Positions 11,181 through 20,953 of a stretch of 64,000 bases of DNA are shown here, piece by piece. How positions within the stretch are numbered: position 1 is the stretch's first letter; each line of letters starts with the position of its first letter. A program made the position numbers and the translations under genes. The stretch comes from a virus (lineage: Duplodnaviria > Heunggongvirae > Uroviricota > Caudoviricetes), in the IMG/VR virus record IMGVR_UViG_3300049811_000196, positions 1 to 64,000 of that record; one strand, 5' to 3'. The notes under the pieces are model-generated. The model did not search any database. It worked only from the letters and a program-made list of their open reading frames with translations, and had not been told where the DNA came from.

Positions 11181-13043
11181 TTACTTTTTGGTTTGCTCTT
11201 CCTGAGCCGAATTGTCTTTTACAAGCCTCAGTAACTCCAACCCAATCAAACCATCAAGGGCGTTTGAACCACCGTTTTCTTTACCACCACTATTGATGAG
11301 GATTTCAGGGATAATCTTCACTCCATTCTTACCAATTTCTTGGGTGATCATGAACTTAGCGTAGTTGTCACCACCCATGGCAGCCGCTTGTTTCTTGTAC
11401 GCTTCGGCGGTTGCGTTACCAATACTTTCAATTTTCACCGCCTCTGCTTTACCAACCTGTTCGGTTTGGAAGGCTTCCGCGGTTGCTCTCAGTTTGGTAG
11501 CTTCGGCATCAGCCTTAGCACTCAATTCGATTGATTTGGCCCTACCTTCCGTTTCTTTAACGGTTGCTTCGGCTTTCCTTTCAGCGATGATAACCGATTG
11601 TTGAGCGGATACGATCTCACCCTGCATATCTGCCAAGGATTTCTCACTTTCATAAGATTGCCTTGTCTTTTGAGCCTCCCTTTGACGTTCAAAAGTTTTC
11701 TGTTCTTCCTGAGCGATTTTACGGTTGGTCAGGGTTTGCATCAATTCCGTTGGGGGAACGATGTCACCGATAAGGGTATCGACAGCGTGTACGTTATAGT
11801 CTTTTAGAACGTCAGATATCCTTGATTTGGCTGCGTCCTGACGTTCTTTACGTGTTTCCAAGAACGCGATGACATCGGAATCCTGAGCTGAGTTTCTGAA
11901 GTAGTTACCGATTGTTGGTTCAAGTACTTGGGACACCAAGTTCTGAATATTACCAAATCGAGCAATCACCTTCGGTCCTTCGGTTGCGGGAATATGGATG
12001 ATTTGTGAAACGTCAAGATTGAACGTAAATCCGTCTTTTGACCTTACCGTAATTGTATTAAGGTTTTTGTCAAGATTATGTGATTCCGTTCTTGCGTTTG
12101 CCCAATTCAATACGAGGTTAGTTGTTGGTACAACCTGTATTTTAGTTGTGTACGGGTTAATGGGGTATTTACCCGGATCCAACGGAGTTTCCCACACACC
12201 CTTTTGACCCACTTTAACAATGTTACCGTGTTTGAAATCTGAACCCGTAACATCAGTACCATCTTCACCAACATATGATACAACAACGCCAACGTTACCG
12301 ATGGGGATTTCTGTCATATCAACGATTTCAATCGTTACCGTCCAAGGATTTAAACTATATGTACCCGCTTGGATATATTGTGTCTGTAAACCCTTTTGTC
12401 CCCCAGCATCCAAGAATTTATCAAATTCCTGAAAGTTATTGTGACCATCAACGGGTTTACCAGCAATTGAATTTTGTGGTAGAGGTTCACCGTCCTGTGT
12501 GGTAATGACACCGACTTTACCGTCTTCAATTGTGGTTAAGTTAGTTAAAAAGACATCAAACAAAAGTTTATTGATACGATAAACACCGGGGTTCAAATAT
12601 TTTGTTTGTTTACCCTTTTGTCCACCGTTATTAATGAACAAACGACCATTTTGAAAATCATCACAAACAACACCCCTTGCCAAAATTCGACCCGTTGGTA
12701 AACTAACACCATCTTTGGCAACAACCAAACCAATTTTGTTATTGGGAATACTGACAAATGGTTCTTCTTTGATTTCATATTGCCAAACCCAAAATCCCCA
12801 ATATAAACCCGGTGATAGGGGATCGACCTGAAAACCAGCTTCACCATTTAAGGCAACAATTCGACCTTCGGGCAACTCTTTGTTTTTACCAAAAAGAACG
12901 AATTTTTTGGTTACCAAACCGATTTTATCTTCGGGGATGATAACCATACCAAAAAGAACCCTTAGTACCCATTTATAAAAAACGACACTAAGAACGGGTA
13001 TGAGAACCCACCAATAAGATAATAGCAAACCAACGATGTCCAT
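11181..13043 (-). CDS. SPFH/band-7 (flotillin-like) membrane protein
   Basis: N-terminal TM. C-terminal coiled-coil Ala/Glu/Lys-rich flotillin-type region. Confidence 0.65.
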   Translation of the reverse strand: MDIVGLLLSYWWVLIPVLSVVFYKWVLRVLFGMVIIPEDKIGLVTKKFVLFGKNKELPEGRIVALNGEAGFQVDPLSPGLYWGFWVWQYEIKEEPFVSIPNNKIGLVVAKDGVSLPTGRILARGVVCDDFQNGRLFINNGGQKGKQTKYLNPGVYRINKLLFDVFLTNLTTIEDGKVGVITTQDGEPLPQNSIAGKPVDGHNNFQEFDKFLDAGGQKGLQTQYIQAGTYSLNPWTVTIEIVDMTEIPIGNVGVVVSYVGEDGTDVTGSDFKHGNIVKVGQKGVWETPLDPGKYPINPYTTKIQVVPTTNLVLNWANARTESHNLDKNLNTITVRSKDGFTFNLDVSQIIHIPATEGPKVIARFGNIQNLVSQVLEPTIGNYFRNSAQDSDVIAFLETRKERQDAAKSRISDVLKDYNVHAVDTLIGDIVPPTELMQTLTNRKIAQEEQKTFERQREAQKTRQSYESEKSLADMQGEIVSAQQSVIIAERKAEATVKETEGRAKSIELSAKADAEATKLRATAEAFQTEQVGKAEAVKIESIGNATAEAYKKQAAAMGGDNYAKFMITQEIGKNGVKIIPEILINSGGKENGGSNALDGLIGLELLRLVKDNSAQEEQTKK

Positions 13044-13128
13044 GATTTTGTTTTTTTAATTGATTAAAATAAATGAAAATTTAAACAGTTTCGAAGATAC
13101 GAATATTTTTTAAAATACCAAAAAATTT

Positions 13129-13329
13129 TTAACTTTTTTTAGATTTTTTTTTCTTGGGGGTTTCGGGTACTTCTTGGGGTTCTTTTTTGAAAGAACTTTT
13201 CCATTCCGATTTTGGGATAAACATCCAATATCCGGTTTCAACTTTTTGGTCAGCGTCGGTATCGGACACCCTGATGATATCACCAATAACGCTGTACTTA
13301 CCGTCTTTAATTGCTTTAATACATTTCAT
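13129..13329 (-). CDS. small lysine-rich hypothetical protein
   Basis: 66-aa ORF. Confidence 0.3.
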   Translation of the reverse strand: MKCIKAIKDGKYSVIGDIIRVSDTDADQKVETGYWMFIPKSEWKSSFKKEPQEVPETPKKKKSKKS

Positions 13330-13396
13330 AAAAAGGATTTATAAAATAAATGATAACACATTTTTTTCATAAAAAAAAGGAAGAGTTTCCTCTTCC

Positions 13397-13858
13397 TTAT
13401 AATCTCACTAAATGATTAGCCGCACATTGGGTCATTGCTCCATTGTGTTTATACCTCACATGGTAACCCATTCCTTCAACCATTCCTATCGCTTGTCTTA
13501 ACACCCTATTAGATTTAAATCTAATATCGGGGTTTAGATCAATATCGATATATTTTGGTTTTGGTAAACCATTATGTACAAGATAATCCGCGATTTCAAT
13601 TGACATCCACACTTCATTTAAAAGTCTGGTGTTCATGTCATATTCGATTTTGGTTTTTTGTCTTTTACATAAGACATGAGATCCCTTACCCTTTCTGTGA
13701 AGAGCAATAACAAAACCATATACAGTTTTTTCATTACTGTAGTTTTGTGAATCACCACCAATTAATATTTCTACATCATCATGTTTGTCGATATAATCTT
13801 TTATATAATCGACAAGATTTGTTATTGGTTTCCCAAATAACGTTGTGAAGTTTTCCAT
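13397..13858 (-). CDS. DUF458/YkuK-like (RNase H-fold) protein
   Basis: ILIGGDSQ...YGFVIALH pattern. Confidence 0.4.
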   Translation of the reverse strand: MENFTTLFGKPITNLVDYIKDYIDKHDDVEILIGGDSQNYSNEKTVYGFVIALHRKGKGSHVLCKRQKTKIEYDMNTRLLNEVWMSIEIADYLVHNGLPKPKYIDIDLNPDIRFKSNRVLRQAIGMVEGMGYHVRYKHNGAMTQCAANHLVRL

Positions 13859-13897
13859 TTGAACCTCCTTTTTACATAATTATCACAATTTGACCAG

Positions 13898-13982
13898 CGG
13901 AGGATGATGGGATCGAACCATCGCGGCTATTACGCCCTAACACGTTAGCAATGTGTCCCCTTCACCACTTGGGTAATCCTCC
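13898..13982 (-). tRNA. tRNA-Ser (anticodon GCT), class II
   Basis: Acceptor GGAGGAT/ATCCTCC. T-arm GATGG-TTCGATC-CCATC. Loop TTGCTAA. Long variable arm. Confidence 0.8.
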
Positions 13983-14552
13983 ATTTTATTTACGGGAAAT
14001 TATTTTTCTTTATAGTGGTTTATTGCTATCATTATCCATGATACAATAATATCAACAACCGCCAATACTGGTGCCAGAATTAGTACCATAATGGTCTCAA
14101 GACCGGGACTTGTACCCGTAACCCCATCCGTTGATGTTTTACTGTATCTTGTAGTTATTCTCCAAAGACAATAAACGACACAAAAAATATGAAATATCCA
14201 ATACATAAAAAAAATATAAGTAATTTTTATTGATCATTCTATTAAATTCACAATTTTTTAGCACTCTCCGAGATCTTCGATTTCGATATTCTCAAACTTA
14301 ACGATCTCCTTTGAGCAGAATTTAATCGGTGTCATCACAACATCAAATGAAACATCATCATCACCATGACACCCTTTAAAAACAACTAAACCTCTTTTTA
14401 TTTCATTAGTTGGGGATGCTCTATACTTTTTGCAAAGAATAACTGGAGATGTTTGTTTTTTTGATTTAATAAATTTGATGTAGGTGAGTATGGAAAATAT
14501 TGTGAATAACAATAATGATACTATATAAAACATTTTCGTTTAAACATAAATA

Positions 14553-14771
14553 TCACTTCTTCAAAGTTATTTCACACCTTGATGAATTCCATTCGTATGT
14601 AAGTATTTTGGATTTTCTCGCAATTGCGGTTTTTAATACACCATTAAAATCATCGTAAACGATAACCTTCTTCTTATCCTTCACCTCTTTTTCTAACTCA
14701 CGTACCATTTCATCTGTGATTTCAACTTTTGATACTTCATCGGAAGCGTAATGATAATCATAATGTCCCAT
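14553..14771 (-). CDS. small hypothetical protein
   Basis: 72-aa ORF. Confidence 0.3.
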   Translation of the reverse strand: MGHYDYHYASDEVSKVEITDEMVRELEKEVKDKKKVIVYDDFNGVLKTAIARKSKILTYEWNSSRCEITLKK

Positions 14772-14952
14772 AAAAAAATTATTTATTTTTTTCTTCCTGA
14801 TAAATCTATTTCAACAATTTCACCATCTTCGGTTTTGAAAAGTTTGGCGGAATGATCCCTACACATTTCTTTCTCGTTCTTTGTTAATTCCTTCAAAGAG
14901 GATAATAATTTATATCCGGGAAATATTCCGAGATATGTTAACAAATATTTTT

Positions 14953-15029
14953 TTTTCATAAAATATTTTTTGTAGTCGGGACAGGATTCGAACCTATGCC
15001 AGGACGGGGCCCGCCGCTACCCTTGCTCT
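14953..15029 (-). pseudogene. tRNA-like gene with non-foldable anticodon arm
   Basis: Good acceptor (AGTTGGG/CCCGACT), D-arm and T-arm. The 27-nt anticodon region (GGGTAGCGGCGGGCCCC) gives no 5-7-5 arm. Confidence 0.4.
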
Positions 15030-15047
15030 ATCCACTAAGCTACCCAA

Positions 15048-15248
15048 CTATTTTTTATTGTAATACCAACCACTTTCAATCTCCTCTCTAAGTTTACCCT
15101 TTTTATCGTAATATTCCTTTGTGGAATTATCTAACGTTTGCCACTCAATAATTTTTTCCACAAGTTCATTCATTGTATCCCCATATAACACCAATTCCCT
15201 ATCCTCAGTTAAATGTTTGATTTCTAATTTCAATCTTGGTTTTTTCAT
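15048..15248 (-). CDS. small hypothetical protein
   Basis: 66-aa ORF. Confidence 0.3.
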   Translation of the reverse strand: MKKPRLKLEIKHLTEDRELVLYGDTMNELVEKIIEWQTLDNSTKEYYDKKGKLREEIESGWYYNKK

Positions 15249-15251
15249 AAC

Positions 15252-15406
15252 ATAGATTTTGCGATCAAGGACAGGAATCGAACCTGCACGGATTTAAAGA
15301 AATAATCTCCAACTACTCACGTTTGTAGTTTGTCCACCGAGTTCCCCCACTCTATACGTTTCTTCAAGGGTACTTACAGCGCGTCTACCAGTTTCGCCAC
15401 TCGACC
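15252..15406 (-). other. interrupted class-II tRNA-like gene (Leu/Tyr-type D-arm), ~155 nt
   Basis: 5' part GGTCGAG-TG-GCGAAACTGGTAGACGC matches the tRNA-Leu acceptor and D-arm. 3' part GCAGG-TTCGATT-CCTGT then CTTGATC pairs 7/7 with the 5' acceptor. About 65 extra nt lie between. Confidence 0.45.
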
Positions 15407-15670
15407 ATAATTGTAAAAAAATAACTAGGTCAGGAATTTCACCTGAGGCTAACTCACGTTAGCGGACCCGCATTTACTGACGGAACATATCTTTCAGGGA
15501 TCTCACACTTAAGTATTTACCCTACGTATCTCCGGATTTCATGCGGCACTACCACATCTACTGTCTCCCAGTTATTTGTGTGAATATCCCCTGAGCCACA
15601 TCAAGTATCTGTTTCGTTTCTTGCGTAGTTTAAAGGAATTAGTAACAGACTTACCTACTCAGATTTTATT

Positions 15671-15710
15671 CACAAAGGTTTCAATGTTTAACACATTTCA
15701 ATCAAAGAAC
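15671..15710. repeat. ~40-nt repeat, copy 1
   Basis: cacaaaggtttcaatgtttaac(a/c)(c/t)atttcaat(c/a)aaag shared with copy 2. Confidence 0.7.
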
Positions 15711-16276
15711 TATTTTAACCATTTTTTAATTGCTTTATTGCTAACACCGTATTTTCTACCTGTTGCGGAATATCCATTTTGAGATACTTCAGACATTAAG
15801 GTGTCAATATTAGGTCTTTCAACTTTTCTTTTTGACATGTAATTACATGTTTTACATTTTTTACCCCACTTTGATTTTTCACAACCACAATCTTCACATA
15901 GATATTTTTTGGGTTCTTTAATCATTATCCATCTATCTTTTTTTTCATCAAATTCCGAAATTTTATCTTTTATTTTTTCAAAAAATAGATCCGGCGAATG
16001 GTGTTCTCTATGACAATTTGAACAAAAAACATCACATTTTTCAAATTCTTCCAATATAAGTTTCATTGAAGTGTTGCTCAATGTTCTTTGATCTAATTGA
16101 AATTTTTTTGTTTTTGGATCTCGATGGTGAAAATCAAATGCCGCCAAATTTTTATCATATCCGCATTTTTGACATTTTCCTCCTCTTAATAAAATAAGAT
16201 GATACTTTCTTTTAAGTGATCTCATTACTTGGTAATCGTAGGTATTTCTTTGGATTTTCATACCAATAAATACCAA
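15710..16276 (-). CDS. HNH homing endonuclease with C-terminal HTH
   Basis: CQKCGY...FDFHHRDPKTK...CSNCHREHH. C-terminal GRKYGVSNKAIKKW. Confidence 0.8.
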   Translation of the reverse strand: MVFIGMKIQRNTYDYQVMRSLKRKYHLILLRGGKCQKCGYDKNLAAFDFHHRDPKTKKFQLDQRTLSNTSMKLILEEFEKCDVFCSNCHREHHSPDLFFEKIKDKISEFDEKKDRWIMIKEPKKYLCEDCGCEKSKWGKKCKTCNYMSKRKVERPNIDTLMSEVSQNGYSATGRKYGVSNKAIKKWLK

Positions 16277-16312
16277 GTAATTATGAAAACTTACATAATC
16301 TTATGTTTATTG

Positions 16313-16386
16313 TGGACCGAGAGGGACTCGAACCCCCGACTTACGCGTTATGAGCGCGTCGCGCTAACCAACTGCACCATCGGTCC
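16313..16386 (-). tRNA. tRNA-Met (CAT)
   Basis: Acceptor GGACCGA/TCGGTCC. Anticodon arm ACGCG-CTCATAA-CGCGT. Confidence 0.85.
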
Positions 16387-16711
16387 AGTAAATTACTCCT
16401 TATTCTAAAACCCTTTTATTTCGGAGTTAACCTGCTATCTTAATGAGTATTTCGAGGGTTCAGGTTAATAACAACTACCACCTTCTAGATAGGGTATGAT
16501 ATGGTTGTAGTAGTTTCAGTCAATCAACCATCGTCCCTCTATGTTTTTTACCATACACCAACCTAAACTACTCACATCTTAGACTGTGAGATGAGGTAAC
16601 GTTAACGGAATGCCTTCCGTGCAGGGATTTCATGTGTTTATCTGACTTCTCTTTCGAGTTCAGCCCCCGTGTTTAATCAACTCTCATTTGTTCAGTATTA
16701 ATCAGTAGTTG

Positions 16712-17257
16712 TTAGTTATTTTCATCCAAATTAAATGTGATTTTTGTGTACATTAATTCCAAATTATGTTGGATGGTATAGTTTTCAATATTGTATTGGC
16801 ACCTATCACAATTCCATAATGAAAAACGCAAACCCTTTCTGAATTCTATTTCATCATTGAGTTTGATCAATTGTATATAACATTCCAAAGGATTTGGAAG
16901 ATATTTTTTTTCCAACATTTTATTGTGTTCCAAATATTTCCTCCATTTATCATCATTACCATCATCAGGACCGTCGTGATTTACCGAATATGTTGTGGAA
17001 GAAAACCAATCTTCATTCAATCGTTTATTTTCCAAACTTTCTTCTTCGGTGACCTCAATTACTCTATTCGATTTCAACAAATCTGTTGATAACGTTGGCA
17101 GATAATGATTAACAATGTATTCCCCAACAAAATATCCGAGTTGGTAATCCATTGTAAGATTATCCAAATACTTTTGAGTTCTCTCGATACATTCCTGTTT
17201 GTATTCGGGAGTATCCATTCTCTCCAAAAGTTTTTTAAATGATTTTGATCTACTCAT
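16712..17257 (-). CDS. hypothetical protein
   Basis: 181-aa ORF. Confidence 0.4.
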   Translation of the reverse strand: MSRSKSFKKLLERMDTPEYKQECIERTQKYLDNLTMDYQLGYFVGEYIVNHYLPTLSTDLLKSNRVIEVTEEESLENKRLNEDWFSSTTYSVNHDGPDDGNDDKWRKYLEHNKMLEKKYLPNPLECYIQLIKLNDEIEFRKGLRFSLWNCDRCQYNIENYTIQHNLELMYTKITFNLDENN

Positions 17258-17300
17258 AACACAACAAATTTAATGATATTTTTTAATATCCAAAAAAATT

Positions 17301-17340
17301 TCTTCACAGAGGGGATCGAACCCTCACGTTACCTTCAACT
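17301..17340 (-). pseudogene. tRNA 3'-half fragment
   Basis: GAGGG-TTCGATC-CCCTC then TGTGAAG. No complementary 5' acceptor (CTTCACA) within 400 nt. Confidence 0.4.
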
Positions 17341-17633
17341 CTTATTTCGTCTGATAGTTCGACGATACGATTCGTTATGTTTTGCAACACATAACTCATT
17401 TGGTAACCATGTGTCTACCCATTCCGCCATATGAAAAAATCCTAGGAATTTAAATATTGAAATAGTTAGACATTGAAGATACTAGGATTACTCCGTATGA
17501 AGACCGAGATAGAAACAGCATAAATAACCGTAACTAATTCCCAATCCCAGTACACCCTGTCAATTCAGGATTAGTATCTTTATGTGAGCGAGTACTTCGT
17601 ACTAAGCTCTTTAAACCGCTTGACAGACGGTAC

Positions 17634-17673
17634 TCACAAAGGTTTCAATGTTTAACCTATTTCAATAAAAGAG
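17634..17673. repeat. ~40-nt repeat, copy 2
   Basis: Directly 3' of tRNA 17672-17744 on the minus strand. Confidence 0.7.
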
Positions 17674-17744
17674 CGAGGAACAAGGTTCAAACTTGTGACC
17701 CTCACGTTGGTAACGTGATGCTCTATCAACTGAGCTACCCTCGC
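17672..17744 (-). tRNA. tRNA with anticodon ACC (Gly-reading), unusual A34
   Basis: Canonical cloverleaf. Acceptor GCGAGGG/TCCTCGC. Anticodon arm TCACG-TTACCAA-CGTGA. T-loop TTTGAAC. Confidence 0.6.
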
Positions 17745-17967
17745 GTGTCACCCATCTGTGTTTCGGATGGGCTAGATTTTACCAACGTTTTTTCGTATTG
17801 AAAAAACGACTTAACGGTCTTACCCGATTGAAAAAAGTCAAACTACGTGGAGACTCTGTTACCTGTCTTTAACCCTACGAAACCGGCGTTAAGGATGTCC
17901 GGTTTAATACCCGCAACTTTGTTTAAAAAGTATGTTGCCAAACTTTACGGTAACACATAACCGACGG

Positions 17968-18040
17968 AGCCTCCGGTCGGATTCAAACCAACGACATTCG
18001 CATTACAAGTGCGACGCTCTATCAACTGAGCTACGGAGGC
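17968..18040 (-). tRNA. tRNA-Thr (TGT)
   Basis: Acceptor GCCTCCG/CGGAGGC. Anticodon arm TCGCA-CTTGTAA-TGCGA. Confidence 0.85.
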
Positions 18041-18096
18041 ATGGAGGGGGACACGTTATTTATCCGTTTAAGGGACTCCCCCAGACCCATTGAGAG

Positions 18097-18170
18097 AGAG
18101 AGAGACGAGATTCGAACTCGCGACTTTCGACTTGGAAGGACGACGCTCTGACCAACTGAGCTACTCTCTC
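18097..18170 (-). tRNA. tRNA-Gly (TCC)
   Basis: Acceptor GAGAGAG/CTCTCTC. Loop CTTCCAA. One mismatch in the anticodon stem. Confidence 0.75.
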
Positions 18171-18182
18171 TAAAAATCATTA

Positions 18183-18527
18183 TTATAACTTATCGATCTT
18201 CACATCAATCTTTTCAATCTTTTTCTCGTCATCACCCAAAACCAAATTGATTGACCTTTCGTGACCCTTTAATGCTTCTTCATGTGATGTATATCTTTCT
18301 TGATAACCATCATGTTTTCCACCAAAAATCATGGTTTCCCATAATACAGGATCTCCTTCACCACTAAAACGATGATCAATAACCAAAAAAACCGTTGAGA
18401 TCATAACATCACCTATCGTATCCTGTTTTGTTACCCTCGAATTAGTATCACCATACACCTCAGCCAAATCTTCAATAGAAATGGGAAATGGTTTTTTGTT
18501 CTCATCCAATGCATAAAACGTACTCAT
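18183..18527 (-). CDS. hypothetical protein
   Basis: 114-aa ORF. Confidence 0.4.
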   Translation of the reverse strand: MSTFYALDENKKPFPISIEDLAEVYGDTNSRVTKQDTIGDVMISTVFLVIDHRFSGEGDPVLWETMIFGGKHDGYQERYTSHEEALKGHERSINLVLGDDEKKIEKIDVKIDKL

Positions 18528-18542
18528 AAATTTTGTTTTTTG

Positions 18543-18618
18543 TAGTCCCCATCAGATTTGAACTGATGACCTATTGCTTGTAAAACAATTGCTCTAAACC
18601 AAACTGAGCTAGAGGACT
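18543..18618 (-). tRNA. tRNA-Val (TAC)
   Basis: Acceptor AGTCCTC/GGGGACT. Anticodon arm ATTGT-TTTACAA-GCAAT. Confidence 0.85.
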
Positions 18619-18958
18619 AAATGTATTTTAAAAATGACCAAAACTTTCTTTTTTTCAAGTAATCAAAATCCGCATCGTTTTCATGTGCCTCTTTTTCAAA
18701 AGATATGTTTCTATATGCTTTACTTGGTGTTATAATCATTCTAATTAAAAATTCAATAAGATACCAAACATAAAATGGTATAACCAACATTTCAAGTTGT
18801 TGCCTCATGTGAATTTTTTCATGATTAATTGTTTGGTTTAATCTCTCCTTACTTACACGATCAGAAAATGATTTCTTTATGAATATAAATGGAAATAATG
18901 CAATACCAATAACATTTTTACCAAAAATCCATTTATCAATAATCTTAACAATACTCAT
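18617..18958 (-). CDS. hypothetical membrane protein
   Basis: 113-aa ORF with hydrophobic segments. Confidence 0.35.
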   Translation of the reverse strand: MSIVKIIDKWIFGKNVIGIALFPFIFIKKSFSDRVSKERLNQTINHEKIHMRQQLEMLVIPFYVWYLIEFLIRMIITPSKAYRNISFEKEAHENDADFDYLKKRKFWSFLKYI

Positions 18959-19159
18959 AATAGTTTTTTTTTAAAAAATTTTTGTATATAAGACATTATC
19001 TCACCATACCTCAGTACTCGGCTATATACGGTCTTTTAGCGTCCTGTTTCCCTTGGCATCTCCCCCAATCAAGATAACCGTTCCTAGAGCTTGTATGGGG
19101 TAATGTTTGTAGGTTATGCTTCACAACATAACATTCTTATATACAATATTTCAATTTTG

Positions 19160-19242
19160 TAGAAGAGGAGAGATTTGAACTCCCGAATTCCGAAGAAAAA
19201 TGTTTTACAGACATTCTGCTTTGACCGCTTGCATACTCTTCT
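19160..19242 (-). tRNA. tRNA-Tyr (GTA), class II
   Basis: Acceptor AGAAGAG/CTCTTCT. Anticodon arm AATGT-CTGTAAA-ACATT. Long variable arm. Confidence 0.85.
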
Positions 19243-19394
19243 ATTTATCCATAATAAAATAAAATCGATCAAACAAAAATAAGAAATACCGAAAGGTCTT
19301 CGTCTCTTCTAGCTGGCCCACTATGTCCGACTCAAACGGAAATGCTAGCAACCCGATCCAGCTCGTCCTAAATTTAGGATTTCGGTATTTCTAT

Positions 19395-19486
19395 GATACT
19401 GCCTTGGACTCGAACCAAGAGTCAGGGTAAAGGAAGTACTTTTAATCGGAACACTACTTTGTAAACAAGAGTAGCCTGTCCAGTAC
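19395..19486 (-). pseudogene. tRNA-like element (~91 nt), non-canonical
   Basis: T-arm CTTGG-TTCGAGT-CCAAG. Acceptor pairs 6/7. Stem CTACT/AGTAG encloses an 11-nt loop containing TTTACAA. No standard D-arm. Confidence 0.3.
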
Positions 19487-19582
19487 TTTCCTACGCCCCG
19501 TCGCTGTCTCCACCAGCGGCCAGTATTTTTCGAACAGAACGCGTATTCTGAACGTTACCATTTGCAAAAAATTGAAAATGTG

Positions 19583-19654
19583 CGTCTCCGATAGGACTCA
19601 AACCTATAACCTCAACCTTAACAGGGTTTTGCTCTATCATTGAGCTACGGAGAC
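19583..19654 (-). tRNA. tRNA-Asn (GTT)
   Basis: Acceptor GTCTCCG/CGGAGAC. Loop CTGTTAA. Confidence 0.8.
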
Positions 19655-19663
19655 AATTTAATA

Positions 19664-19891
19664 TTATTTCAATTCTTTAACTTCAACAATATCATACCCA
19701 TCAAATTCACCATCAACAAATTCAAAACTAATATCAATGTTTTTAGATCTTAAACATTGATTAACCAAATCAATGATTTCAAAATGATTTGTGTCATGAT
19801 AAATTTTAAAAGTATCCATTTTTTGAAATTTAAATGATAAAAAATATAATACTTGTGGGAGTTGAACCCCAAAGATCGATGCACCGATCAC
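19664..19891 (-). CDS. small hypothetical protein
   Basis: 75-aa ORF. Confidence 0.3.
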   Translation of the reverse strand: MIGASIFGVQLPQVLYFLSFKFQKMDTFKIYHDTNHFEIIDLVNQCLRSKNIDISFEFVDGEFDGYDIVEVKELK

Positions 19892-19925
19892 CCTCCTGTA
19901 CGTCCGTCCAACCGAACTTACGAAG
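19851..19925 (-). pseudogene. degenerate tRNA-like element
   Basis: GGGG-TTCAACT-CCC T-arm-like segment and D-arm-like GTTCGGTTGGACGGAC. No consistent cloverleaf. Confidence 0.25.
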
Positions 19926-20085
19926 TAATATGTAAATCAATAGGGGAATATTGCAAATATCCTAGTACAGGTACTCCTATTGAAGTTTTTGGTACCCCTA
20001 ATCAGACTCGAACTGATAACGTTTCAATGTGTTCCACGGATTCTAACTCCGCAAGCTTTTCCAATTTGCTCATAGGGGTATTAAA

Positions 20086-20769
20086 CTATTTGATCCACTT
20101 TCTAATCGCGTTGTCACTAACACCAAATTTTCTTCCAACCGCACAATATCCAATTTCATTTACCATTTGAATTAAATTTTCTTTTAGTGGTCTATCAATT
20201 TTTCTATTTGATTTTGAATAACATTCAAAACACTTTTTACTTCTTCTTTTAATTATTTTTCCACAACTACACAAATTATTAATTTTTTCTTGTCTTTTAT
20301 TGTTAATAATTTTCTCACTATTTGAACTTATGATTGTTTTTTTAGTGCTATGATTATGTGTTAATGAATGACAATTAGGACATAGGATTTGTAAATTTTC
20401 TATTTTGTTATTAAACCTATTCCCATCTATGTGATGTAATTCTAATGGTATTTTTTGTCCTAACCATTCTGTTAAATTACATAATTCACATGAATCTTTT
20501 TTTACTCCATCCTCAATCAATTTTTTTCTTAGTCTTGATGATGGGATTATTATATCATTATTCGAATAATATAAAGAAGGTTTGCGATTTTTACCTGATT
20601 TTTTTCCTCTAAGTCCTCTATTACCGATATATGTTATATTTAATTTTTTTAAATAATTTTCTAACGTTATCGGTTTACATTGAAATACTTTACAAATACT
20701 TGATTTAGATTCATTATTATTAATCATTTCAATAATTAAATCTTTTTTTTCTAATATATCATTTCTCAT
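20086..20769 (-). CDS. HNH homing endonuclease with C-terminal HTH
   Basis: LELHHIDGNRFNNKIENLQILCPNCHSLTH. C-terminal GRKFGVSDNAIRKWIK. Confidence 0.8.
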   Translation of the reverse strand: MRNDILEKKDLIIEMINNNESKSSICKVFQCKPITLENYLKKLNITYIGNRGLRGKKSGKNRKPSLYYSNNDIIIPSSRLRKKLIEDGVKKDSCELCNLTEWLGQKIPLELHHIDGNRFNNKIENLQILCPNCHSLTHNHSTKKTIISSNSEKIINNKRQEKINNLCSCGKIIKRRSKKCFECYSKSNRKIDRPLKENLIQMVNEIGYCAVGRKFGVSDNAIRKWIK

Positions 20770-20821
20770 ATTAATGAGATATGAAATACTCTCTGAAAAG
20801 TAAAGTCGAACTTAATTTTTG

Positions 20822-20894
20822 TTAGGGTGGTCAGGCTCGAACTGACGGCCTCATCTTCCCAAAAGATGAAATCTACCAACTGATATACACCCTA
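20822..20894 (-). tRNA. tRNA-Pro (TGG)
   Basis: Acceptor TAGGGTG/CACCCTA. Anticodon arm CATCT-TTTGGGA-AGATG. Confidence 0.85.
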
Positions 20895-20953
20895 ATTTTA
20901 ACCGCGTTAAAAAGGTATCGGTTTCTGAACTAAGTTACCGAAAAACGTTCGCG

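Noticed and set aside
19853-20170. ORF 19853..20170 (+)
   Set aside because: Overlaps a tRNA-like element and the HNH gene on the other strand. Spurious.
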